In this document: positions 15,232 to 26,800 of the stretch, piece after piece
How positions within the stretch are numbered: position 1 is the stretch's first letter
Layout of the letters: each line of letters starts with the position of its first letter
Notes under the pieces: generated by a model
Database searches by the model: none
Told to the model about the DNA's origin: nothing
Seen by the model: the letters and a program-made list of their open reading frames with translations, nothing else
DNA from: Selaginella moellendorffii
Lineage: Eukaryota; Plantae; Lycopodiophyta
NCBI RefSeq assembly: GCF_000143415.4
Contig: NW_003314263.1
Location: 2,114,403-2,178,402, forward strand
DNA: 64,000 nucleotides
Reading direction: 5' to 3'
Program-made: the position numbers and the translations under genes

Positions 15232-16959
15232 CCTCACTTGATAAACTCTACAGCCTTCTCGTAGAGTGTTCTAGGCTACTTTGTTGTGGACCGTGATTCC
15301 AACTGGATCATCACTTTGGAGAGCTCGATGGTCCAGCCTTGTTGCACTCACATCAATATTGCTTTTCAAAGTCTACCAATGCAATCCTAGACAAGTAGAA
15401 GAGCTAGAGTTTTTTTGCACATCAATCTTGAAAGGCTTTGGAGGTTTTCTTTGTCCTAGTTCCCATGAACTTCTCAAAAATCGGTGACTCCAAACATTGT
15501 TAAAAGATTTTCCAGAGAAGTTCCTTGGCTAATTACACTAGAGGAAGGTGCATGGAAGGCAAAGTTCCATGGCCAATGAGGCAGCACATATTCCTTGAGC
15601 AGCCAATCAATTGCATGCCTACATAATCTTCCAATTAGAACTTCCCGAAAATGAGAGGAATTAGGGATTTGATTGTGAACATTAAACCTTTAAGGGAGTA
15701 TTTTAGTCAACAACAAAACTTTTTTAGACTCGATACTAGTTCTATATAATCTTATTCATTCAATCTCTTCTTTTCTAAGTTGCTGCTAAAGAGAGTGAAA
15801 CTATTGATCCTTTCTAAAGCAAAACTAGTCTAAGGTGGAAAAATATTGTCAACAAAGCTAAGCTGAAGCTTAGAGTTTGGACATGTTTGAAACTATAACA
15901 AAGGATGTGAAAGGAAAGGTGATTTTTGAGATTCTTTGTTTAGAATGCAACAAAGATTTCAATAGTGGTGTTAAGCATGACATAGTGAGAATTTTTGTCT
16001 CATTTGAAAATTGAAGGGCATAAGAAAGCAATGAAACAATTCCTAGGAGAGAGTACTAATGACAGCTCGATCAATTCACTTCCAATAATTGAGATTGAAC
16101 AAAAAGCTTGTAGAGGAAATTATGGCTGTGGTTATTGAATTTTGCAAGACACTGAATTGTGACTTGGTCTTATTGCCACTTTAACAAGATAACTTTTTAT
16201 TTTTGGTATTTTTATTGATAGGTATTTTTTTTCTTATTCTGGATAGATATTTAAAGATAAATGCACATGTTTTTTAATACAAAACTTTTTTCAAAATGAG
16301 ACTGTTACTCAAAAGTTTTCATTAGGGGTGATGATGTTGCACCAAAACATTGTGGAGACAATGTGATATTAATCCCAAGGATGTGTACATTGGATACCTT
16401 CCTCTTACACACATTCTTGAGTTGACTGCAGTAGTAAGTTCTTTGGTTGCTTTGGTCTTAGAAGAAAAGATGCACATGTTTCGCATGCATGTAGAATACA
16501 ATGAGTGCTAATGATATATACATCAAGAAACCAAAGTGCCAACACTACTCCGTAGTAGTGGTTTGTGGCCATAATGGCCTCAGTTGTGATGTTTTATATA
16601 GTTGCCATATATGGCTTTTATGGTTCTCTTGAAGTGCTCTTTGTATGGCAAGGAATTTGTTTGCTTTTTTTCTTCTTTACACTAACATATTACATTTGTT
16701 TTAGATTTCTGTTGAACAGCCTCTGTGTTGGATGCCATGGAATTGGATTGGCATGATATATTTTGACTTGCACAAAACACAAGACTGAGAAGGGACAAAG
16801 ATAATGTGGACTTAAGAGTTTTTGGTATCATCTTGCATTAGCAATGCACGCTTTAGAATGCTTAGGTAAAACTTTTATCTTGAAGAACGAAGAGTTTCTC
16901 ACTACATAAACTCAACAACCCTTCTATAGTTGGGCATAAGTCAAACAAAAATAATCTGA

Positions 16960-17239
16960 TTTTGGGTCCATCTCAGGTTCATCTCAAGTTCATCTCAGAC
17001 TCAATCCCAACACTTCTACATATCATGTGTAGGTCCTTTTATGTTCCTTTTCTAGAGGCTCACTTATTGATCACTTCGTGTTTATTCGAGCACTTTGTTG
17101 GGAGTTCCACTCTCACTCTCAATTTTTCAAATTAAAGCTTTTAGTCCAAACGTGTTACATTTGTTTAGCTTCTACTTCAACCACTACTATATGACACCCT
17201 CTCAACTCCACTTTAGGGCTTAGGGATTTGTGTCTCACA
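16960..17239 (-). mobile_element. Truncated 5' fragment of long LTR
   Basis: Ends GGGATTTGTGTCTCACA (reverse complement of LTR start). Homology stops in the repeat array. Confidence 0.8.
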
Positions 17240-17453
17240 TACCATTTAGAAATGTTATAGTACAATAGCACTTGACAGGCCTGTGGCCCTCACCATAGTG
17301 TTGCTTAGCTAGGGGCCATAGCCATGGCACTACCAAATGAAGGCTGTGGCTAGGCTATGCTAAATCACTTGAGTTAAGCAAGAAATGGCAATGGGAGGTG
17401 AGTATCAAGATGGAACCTAACATTTAGTAGATCTAACACAATATCAAGCAATT

Positions 17454-19575
17454 TGTAAACAACTAAATTTTTCATTTTACTTTAGTCACTTAACCATGCT
17501 TTTGACCTTTTGGAAGAGTCTCACCCACAACTTCCATAGGTCCTTATCTGCCTTGAGGTACTTGCTTACCCCCAAATGTGATCTCAAGATTTAAACTTAA
17601 TCCAAATGTTCTATGTATCAAAAGTACCACTAACATCTTAGTCTATTACATTAAACTTATATCCATTTGCATTTGTCTCATTGATAGTCCAATATCACCC
17701 ACAACACAATCCCATTTTTTCAAGATTGGGCCCTCTATTCATGAGTAGTTATCATATGACCACACTTTAGCATCCTTAACACATGAGGAACACTATCCCT
17801 TGATAGCCTCCCAACACCACCACTAGTTTAGGGTTCGAAGGCCAATCCCATTAACCTTTAAGACTTCCTTACCACATAACTATACCTTTAGTCACCAAGC
17901 AAAAAGACCACTTCACTTTGTTTCCATGATCTGAGATTTTAGGACAACATTTCAAAACACTGTGGCCGAATGCAAGCATTGTAGGTACTCCTCTCACCTT
18001 TCATCATTAAAGTGCCCTAGCTATATGGCTAAAATGAGGTTTTGATAAGCCATGCAAGGTATCCAAGTAGGTAGTGCCACCCACACTTGGATTAAAAGTA
18101 TTGACTATCCAATCTCCTAAGGGAGCTAAAGTTACCTTTAGGACAATTCACCAAGTTACTCCATCCATATTCACTATAGCTTTGGATTCCTTAATAGTTA
18201 TATCATCTCCCCCCACATATGTGTAACCTTCTTCGGTTACACTAGCCTTTTTTGGCTAAATTAGTTACACTAAAGTCCTCCCAGTATTATCCCATAGGGA
18301 CTCACTAAACCCCCTAGGGTTTAGGAGACAACCTCTTTGGGCTTTCACCCTCAAACTCAAATTTGGATGCAAATTCAAACCCGGTCTCAAACTTGATCTT
18401 AATTTGGGTCTCGGTCTTGAACTCCATCTTGGACTCCTTCTCTGACTCCATTTTAGACTACATATCAAATTCCATCCCAGACTTCATCTCACATTCCTCG
18501 GACTCTATTTTAGACTCTAGTGTGTGTAACCTTCTTTAGTCACACTGGCCTTTTTTGGTTAAATTAAATCCTCCCAATACTATTCAAGACTCGTATTAAG
18601 CCTAGTCTTGACACTTCCACATGCCACAACACTTGCCATAAGTTGGTAATTTTTTTGTCCCCTTTTTGAGACTCACTCCCCAATTGCTTCATGATCGTTC
18701 CTTGAGCACTTCTTTGGGATGGTAAGTGTTAGTAATTTTTTTGTCCCCTTTTCAAAACTCACTCTCTAATTGCTTAGAAATAAACACTTTATTGGGATGG
18801 TAAATGTTGGTAATTTTTTGTCCCCTTTTCGAGACTCAATCCCCAATTTGCTTCATACTTATTCCTTGAGCACTTCTTTGGGAATTCCACTCTTGCTTTC
18901 AATTTTCTGAGTTAGAACTTTTAATCCAAACATGTTATGCTTGTTGGGCTTTTACTTCGGCCACTACCATATGGCACACTTTGGGCTCCACTTTGAGACT
19001 TAGGAATTTGTGTAATGTCTTAAATTTAGACTTTTTAGGAGGTCACCCAATCTAATATTAAGGACATTTAACTCTAAGTATTCCAAAACCCTTAACTGAT
19101 TAGAAAATAGGGTGCACTCTTGTTCATAAGCCTTTCCTTCTATATTTAAACTCTATGGATCGTTTTTCAAGTCATTCTCTTTAGTTATTTACAATTCACC
19201 ATATTTCTCTACAAGTTCACGCCCTCGTGAATGGAAGCTGAAAACCACAACTCTCCCGAAAGCCCCACTCTCTTGACACCCTACCCCTAGAAAACTAGAC
19301 ATGCTAGATGTCAATTAACATGTGGTATAATTCCCTTAAGCAACTAATAGAGTCGGATTTAAGACCTTTTTAATACCAAATGTAAGCTCCTGAATTTAGA
19401 CTTCCAGAAGGTTACTCAACCCAGTAGTATTCAAACCCAAAAATACTTAACCCCAAATATCCCAAGACCCTTAACCGATTGAAAAAGGGGGTGCACTTTT
19501 ATTTATGGGCCCTTTTTCTTTATATTTAAACCCCATGGATTGTTATCTTCAGTTTCTTATAATTTTTTTCTCACA
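17454..19575 (-). mobile_element. Degenerate solo long LTR with internal duplications and a nested TRIM
   Basis: TGTAAAC at 17454 to TCTCACA at 19575, perfect TSD CAATT (17449-17453, 19576-19580). A unit is triplicated at about 18640-18860. Confidence 0.85.
19011..19561 (-). mobile_element. TRIM (terminal-repeat retrotransposon in miniature), ~550 bp
   Basis: Two short LTRs (19011-19193, 19381-19561) homologous to 14259-14453, decayed PBS (TGGTATTA, minus) beside 19381, ~187-bp internal region, TSD ATTTG/ATTTT within the tip of the long LTR. Confidence 0.85.
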
Positions 19576-21063
19576 CAATTTATGTAGTAGGTATTTCACA
19601 ATAAAACTCTCTTTAGTGGTTAAGTTATAAATTTTCCTTTTCTAATTTGCCAATTTACTTTGTCTATCCAACTATTACCTTAGCCTCAATTAAGTTCCCT
19701 TGCCAAGGTTCCCGCCTATTTTACCAACTCTTACTTGGTCTTATTCAGATTCAACTTCTCACTACACAAGTAACAAAGTGTTATCTATTTATCTATAGAT
19801 TCCCAAACTTTCTCTTAATTCCCTTCCTTAGGTTAAGCTAAATTTAAAGTTAGACTACACTCCCCATAGACTCAAGAAGCCAAACATACCAAACCTCCAA
19901 GTTTCTAACATCCCTTAGTAAAACAAAATTTAATCACAAAACCCTTTAAATCCTAAGTTTTTGGTGCATCTCTTTTACAGGGAAATATTTTAATAACCCA
20001 GTATGGATACCCCTACTCTCCCACCTCCGTCCCAAAGGGAAAGCCCAAGCCCTTAAGAAGGAGCAAGGACTAGTACTCAAGTGGGGCAACATCCCATCTG
20101 AGCTAAAAACATTGCAATCAATTTTCCTTCTGGGAGTGAGAGTTGTTTTTGAGCTTTCTCTTGAATGGCTTCTTTGGCACCCCTCGAGTCCATGTTCACC
20201 CACCAAGGCCACCAACCCCCCAATCTTAACCTCAACTCGATTTAGAAACACAATTGGAGAGTTCTTTCAAAATTAAGTCCATCCCTACTATCCTTTTAGA
20301 ACCATCCCCATCCGCCCATCCCCCCCCCCCCCTCGAATCTTGGACTCAACCTCGGACTTAGTTTCAAACTTCATCTTATATGATGAACTCTTTATCATTT
20401 CGGTCATGATTTCGAAAATTCTTTACCCTATGATGTTTGGAGGTTTTATGATGCAGTACAAATCCCACTATATCAACTACCATCAACATGTTAGTTCAAT
20501 TTGGAGGATTAAAGGGAGAGTTAGCCAGATTGCACAGCCAAGATTATAACCCTAATAGCAAAGTATATTGTATTGTGGTAATGCTCATTTTTGGTTTTTG
20601 ATATCTAAGTGTAGAAATATTTCACAGAAGTATTCAAACTTCCCCTATAGCTCTGGCAAATTTTGCAACCCTAGAAGAGAAGAACACATTCGAACTTTTC
20701 AAGAATTACTATGATGAAGCATTACTCTAATAGGATCATTTGGTATTTGTATGAAGAGGTTTAATCCTTTCTTTTTCTTCGTGTGATGAGTGAGTATTCT
20801 ATGGCTTATGGAAACAACATAGAGATCTGTCCATCTACCTCAATGTTGTGGATTGCACAACTTTGCCTTATGGACTGATTGCAATTTGTCATTAGTTAGT
20901 TCGAGCAAAAACTTTATATATGCAAAGCTACTATAACTAAAGAGTAGTCAAGATTGAACATTAAGTGTTTTGTCTAGATACCCAGGCTTACATGTTACTT
21001 CAAAAACTTATAGAGGATGTAGAGGTAGACATAAATATTAGGAATGTGATAGATTACTAAACT

Positions 21064-21150
21064 TACAATTCAAAAAAGGAGATTGGTTTTATCAAGTTGA
21101 AGAATCAAGGAGCAACCTGCTACATGAACTTGCTAATTCATATATATTAC
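21064..21150 (+). pseudogene. Fragment of a UBP12/UBP13 (USP7-type) ubiquitin protease gene
   Basis: Translates [24 protein letters not shown], matching the catalytic Cys box ([25 protein letters not shown]). No intact flanking ORF. Confidence 0.75.
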
Positions 21151-21599
21151 AGCCATAAGATAACTTTTGTCTCTTATCACTAAACAAACAAGACATACTA
21201 TTCATTCAGCAAGAAGAATTGATAATTTTAAGCATTAAAGCATACCACATTACTTGTCTCCAATGCAATTAAAATCAAGGGGAAGGGTTTGATGATGTTG
21301 TTAAGAAGTCCATCTCAAGAGATATTGGTTATGCTCATGTGGTGTCTATATTTGTCTCCAAAGCAACTTGCTGCATGAGGAGGAAACAATGGCCTTAGAT
21401 GAGCATAAAGCACATGCTTAGATGCCATGCTTGAAAGATGACATCCCTCTATTTGGGATGAGACACTGTTTATGGAGCTAACACTCTATTACATCACCTG
21501 CTTGTCAAATGCCAAAAGGAGTGCTTCTGCTAGAACATTGGGTTGGGACTATGTGTGAATTAGTTGTTTATACAGAAGAATAAACTAAAATATACTATG

Positions 21600-21725
21600 A
21601 AGTATTTAGGAAATCTTATAACTTATAAATACAAACAAATAATACCTGTTAGATAATAAAATATCATAGAATATCTAAGTATATTCTACAACCCCAGCCC
21701 CCTATAGGTTTGTTGAAACAAACCA
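21600..21725. repeat. AT-rich dispersed repeat ending in an 18-nt hairpin (second copy at 61594-61752)
   Basis: Shared AGT(A/G)TTTAGGAAA...GAATAT...CCAG(C/T)CCC.TA.AGGTTTG..CAAACC. Hairpin at 21707-21724. Confidence 0.65.
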
Positions 21726-22419
21726 AACCTATGTGTTTTAAAACCAAAACTGGTATCAATTTTAGATATTTGTACTTTTTATATAAGTTTTGTTCAAAAA
21801 TAAATATATATATATAGAAGTACTTTGAACCAAAAATGGCTGTTAAAAATATGCTTTCCTTGATAAGTTTGAATATCTTTTTCTAGCACTAGAAGCTTTA
21901 CTTAGTTATGATATACTGCTTATCAACACTTCTGTGGTAAAGCATTACCTCCAACAAAGCAAGCCACTACTCTTGCCACATATCACTCACTTGGGAATGG
22001 GTTTTGATCTTCTTACACACCAGACCCAATAAACTCATGGCCTCTCAATTCATTGAATATTCAATTGAAAAGAAATATCACCAATCACTCCAAAGGAAAC
22101 TGAGGTTAAAGTCTCATTTGCACTTAAATAGTGCATTGGATTAGCCTTTGGATTTTCATTTGTGTCATGAGTCAAACTTCTAAACTCCTTGTGAGACACA
22201 AACTCCCTAGGCCCCAAAGTGGAGCCGAAAAGGGTGCCACGTGGTAGTGGCCGAAGCGAAAGCCCAAATGAGTGTAACACGTTTGGATTAAAAGCTCTGA
22301 CTTGGAAGGTCGAGAGCGGGAGTGGAACTCCCAACAAAGTGCTCAAGGAGCGAGCACGAGGCGAGCAATAAGCAAGGCTCCAGAAAGGGACCCAAAAAGG
22401 ACCAACACATGACACGTGG

Positions 22420-22868
22420 AAGTGTCCGAGATGGAGTCTGAGGTGGACCCTAGTTGGAGTCCGAGATGGACCCAAAGTGGAGTCCGAAGTGGAGCCGAGA
22501 TGGAGTCCGATATGGAGTCCGAGATGGACCCGAAGTGGAGTCCGAGATGGAGTCCAATATGGAGTCCGATATGGAGTCCGAGATGGACCGAGACGGAGTC
22601 CGAGATGGAGTCCGAGATGGAGTCCGAGATGGAGTCCGAGAAGGACCCAAGATGGAGTCCGAGGTCGAGACCGAGACTGAGACCAGGACCAAGACCGGGA
22701 CCGGGACCGGGACCGGGACCGGGACCGAGACCGAGACCGGGACCGAGACCGAGACCGAGACCAAGGCCAAGGCTGAGACCGAGCCCGAGCCCGAGTCCGA
22801 GTCCAAGTCCGAGTCTGAGTCCAAGTCCGAGTCCGAGTCCGAGTCCGAGTCCAAGTTCGAGTCTGAGA
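22420..22868 (+). repeat. Tandem array inside 5' LTR (12-mer GAGATGGAGTCC, then 6-mers GAGACC/GGGACC, then GAGTCC)
   Basis: Directly visible. Homologous arrays at about 5060-5190, 8985-9325, 11910-12060, 18350-18520 (minus) and 28190-28655. Confidence 0.92.
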
Positions 22869-23867
22869 GGGTGAAAGCCCAAAGCGTTCGTCTCCCAGAC
22901 CCTGGGGGGTTTGGTGAGCTCCAAAAGTATAGTAAGGGGGAGGACTGCAGTGGAGCCAGTTTGGCCAGGAAAGGCCAGTTTGGCCCAGGAAGGCCAGACC
23001 CAGTATTGGGTGATGAACTGACCACTAGGAAGTCCAAGACTAGAGTGAATATAGACCGACAAGCGGGGTAGCTTGGTGAAGTGTTCAAGAGCCGGCTCTA
23101 GTTCCCCCGGGAGATCGACTGGCCGATGCTCCTAGTCCAAGTGTGGGTGGCATTACCTACTTGGATACCCGGTGTGGCTCAACGGAACCTCGCTTTAAGC
23201 CCATGGCTAGAGCACCTAAAGGTGAAAGGTGGGGAGAGTACCCAAGTGGCTCGCGTAAGGCCACGGTGTTCCGAAATGTTGTCCCAAAGGCCCAGACTGT
23301 GGAAAGGAAGAGGAGCAGTCCTCTGGGGTAGTGACCAAGGACACAGTCGTGTGGTGAGGAAGTCCCAGAGGACCGTGGGACTTAGTGGTCGGGCCTGTGG
23401 GGCTCGATCCAGTGGTAGTGTTGGTGAACACGGCCATGGGCAAAAAGGGACTTGGTGGGGACTAGAAAAAGGGATATTGGGGAAGGCTATTCCCCATGTC
23501 TGTGGGCATCCTAAAGATGCTAAGGAGTGGATCTGGAATGATCACTCATGAATGGATGGTCTAGTCCTTGAGAGACAGGATTGTGATGCAGGTGGTGTTA
23601 GACCACCGGTATGACCAAGGTAAAGGGGCATGGCCTTAGCGTAACGGGCTAGTATGTCAGTGGTACCTTGGGGTGTCGGTCTTGGGACCGGACACGTGGA
23701 GCACTTGGACTAAGTGCAAGAGATGAGTGGCGTGGATGCCATTCTCGGGGCTAGCAAGCCCCAAGTCCTGAATTGGACTTAAGGAGGTGGTGAGTGAGAC
23801 CCCTCCAAGTGGTCGAAGGCGTGGTTAAGTGACTAAAGTAGAATGGAAAAATTAGTCGCTTACAACT

Positions 23868-23879
23868 TGGTATCAGAGC
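23868..23879 (+). promoter_or_regulatory. Primer-binding site complementary to initiator tRNA-Met
   Basis: TGGTATCAGAGC, 3 nt after the LTR end. Confidence 0.92.
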
Positions 23880-26800
23880 TGTTCCTTAGTCTGACTTTTA
23901 TTGGTGCTCAAGTATATCACCATTGATATTGGCATCGGAAGGTTCTAGGAGTGGGCCTATCCTTGAGGAGTAGCACGTCGAGAGGACATGGCTCTCCACT
24001 TGAGTTCATGCATGAACTTGGGCACGATGTGGTGGATAGAAAAGGGGCCAGTAAGGGAACGACTTTGGGATCTTGGGAACAGTATATGGTTTTCCTCAGA
24101 GAGTTGAGGATGTGATCCAGATGAGCGTTTGACTTAGCAAATTGGCTAATGTAGTTGCGGTAAACAACTATAGTTGGGATCACGGGAAAGATAAAGACTC
24201 CAAAGCAATAAAGGAGTCACAAGATTATCCTCATATAGTTGAGGTTGGCGCTCATGAATGTGAGACTTGAAGTGATGACCATGGGAGGTCAAATACGGAA
24301 GAGGGCTCAAGTCCTTGAAATGGTAGCTGGGGCTACCTTTAATAAATGCTGGAACAACCCAAGGAGTTGGGGGGTGTACTTAGAGATGAGTTGGTATTCT
24401 CATCACATGGACAAGTAGTCCTAAGGGGCAAAGGTTGCCCCAGAGAACAAAATCAAGTGTCAGAGTAACACTTGTGAAAATAGTCCTTGTGAGTGAGGAC
24501 ATGAATGCAAGAAGTGTATTCTAGTGAGCTAGTGCCTAACAAGTAGGACCTTACGGGTCTGTGGATTAACCAAGTCCAAAACTGCTAGATGACTCAAGTA
24601 GAGTCAAGGAATGGTCCTAAAGGACTGATGTAAGCATTTGGACTGAAGTGTGTGGTACCCCACAAAGGATGGGGGGGATCATAGGATCCAAGGATGAGAA
24701 CAGAGGGTATCTCATCGATGGCAAAATGTGCCATGCTAAAGTCGTAGGAAGGGTGTTCCCAAAAAAAAAACAACTTTGAAACAAAGTTGTGTGTGACCTC
24801 TATGGTGCAGTGCTAACGGATGGTTGGTATGAGAAAGAGTGGTATTAATCTTGGCAAAGACTTAAACACAAAGAAAAAGTGTCATAGAGGTAGGCTCGTG
24901 GAGCCGATGGTGTGGAGACACCAAATGTGCCAAGGTGTGATACCTTGAGGCTATGTTAGTGGGTTCATGAGAACCCCTTGCCAAAAGAATCCCAATGGAA
25001 ATGGGAATAGCATAGCCTAAGCTGCAGAGCATGCAATTGGAGTGTGGTGACCCAGATAATGATGGAGGTGTGGAAGCACCAGCAATGAGTTGTAGGACTT
25101 GACAACTATGAGGCAACTAAGCAAGAGGTGCAAAATAATTGCTTAAACGGGTAGAAGGTAGCTACCCAAGCCTTCTTAATGGCATAAGGAAATTGGATAT
25201 ACCATTACGGGGGATAAGTTGCTTATGTTGCGATATAGTAAGTCAATGTCATGAAAGGAAATACTCATTGTCAAGGAAGCCGTCATTGGGACACCTGAAC
25301 ACTCTAGAACACCAGGAGGTGGTGTTTGATGTCGCGAGAGCAATAGATAAAGCCCAAAGGACTAAGTCCCTAGCGAATGATGGATAGAAGGTGTTATCCA
25401 AATGTCCAAGGTGGCGGAGACAGGAGAAGACTGTCTACTCGAATTGGACAAAGCCAAAAATGAAATTTTGGCAAGGCTAGCGATGGGCATGTAAAGGCCT
25501 ATAAGCAACAACGTAATCTCGGTGTGTGGGATTATAGGGTGAGCATACCTGGATTGAGGAACCACTCCCTAAGCTCTTGGGTAGGTTCATCCCTAAGAAT
25601 ACTTGCTAAAGCATGATAGAAAGTGCAAAGCTATCCTCCTGGTCTGGAGGAGAATGACCGATGAAGCTAAAAAGCAAGAAGTAAGGGGGTAGAACCGAAC
25701 CATAGGAATCGAAAGGCATAACCAAGGTTGGTTATGCCAGTTGGGAGTAGAGAATCAAGTGGGGGCTCGAGGTTGTGGTTGCTAGCAACTGTGAGGCCAT
25801 GGAGAGTCTAAAATATGGAATTGTCCATGTTAGACTATATGGCAACTATAAAGCTTGCGAAAAGGGAGGCCTTAGCAAACTAAGGGACAAAGTTCCTTCA
25901 AGGTTCCCAAAGATGATTCTAGGTAACTTAGTACCTAGAAAGGCCAAGTGTAAATGGTTCATGGAACGCGCGAAATCAGAGTGGCGCAGCAGAAGCGTGG
26001 TCTTGAAGCTTGCCATGAGGCAAGGCTATCAAGGTTAGGGAAGTAATTCCCGAGTGTTCAAAGAAAGGGCTTTGAACGAAAGTCGATAGCTAAGGACTTT
26101 CACGCTTATGTAGGAACTATGTTACAGTGGTCGGAGGACTTGCCAAACGAGATTGGCAAGTCAAGGGAACGAATACCCTAGTTGAAGGTGATTACTTCAA
26201 AAGGGTGGGCCATGGGGCCAAGCATGGAGGAGTCCATGCATGATCACGGACTTGTCAAGTGAGAGGACTTGACAGTGTGGAGGAACTAGGTTCCTAAGCT
26301 GTGATCTATAGCGCGCTTTTGAGTATAAGTTGGTGCACCGGTGTGGGGAGTCACGCCAGGTATCCTGGGTGATGCCGTCCGTAGATGCATATACGGAGGT
26401 TGGGTTCGAGTCCCGACCCTCTAGTGCTTGGGTTCGAGTCCCAAATCGCTAGGGCGTGGTGATGGTTTGGAATATGAGGACACTCATTTTTCGGTGGTCA
26501 TGGACTCTCAGTGTGGAGACTGGTTTGGGCACACCACCAAGCGAGGGATGCCTCGGAGTCGTGATGCACGGTTAGATTGTTTAGAGTGAAAGCTCGGCAA
26601 TTCTAACTTGAACACTTTGGTGGAAAAGGACACCAAGGACGTGGTGAATGAGATGGGGACACTCAGTCTCAGTTGCTATGGATCCTTGGCCGGAAGGGCT
26701 GGCTTGGGCACACCGCCAAGTGTGGGGGATGCCCCCGGGGTCATAGTCAACAACTTAGAAGGGTTTGGAAGACTTAGTTCCTATTGGTAGACCTATTAAG

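Noticed and set aside
22420-22868. CRISPR-like array
   Set aside because: No unique spacers and no cas genes; eukaryotic LTR minisatellite.
22343-23551. Long ORFs on both strands in the LTRs (ESESE/ETETE, PRPRP, LGLGL, DSDSD, plus the 141-aa ORF; also 28111-29337)
   Set aside because: The repeat ORFs arise from stop-poor 6/12-bp units and are open in several frames at once. The frames are broken in older LTR copies.
26396-26450. tRNA gene
   Set aside because: Only T-arm-like hairpins; no D-arm, anticodon arm or acceptor stem.
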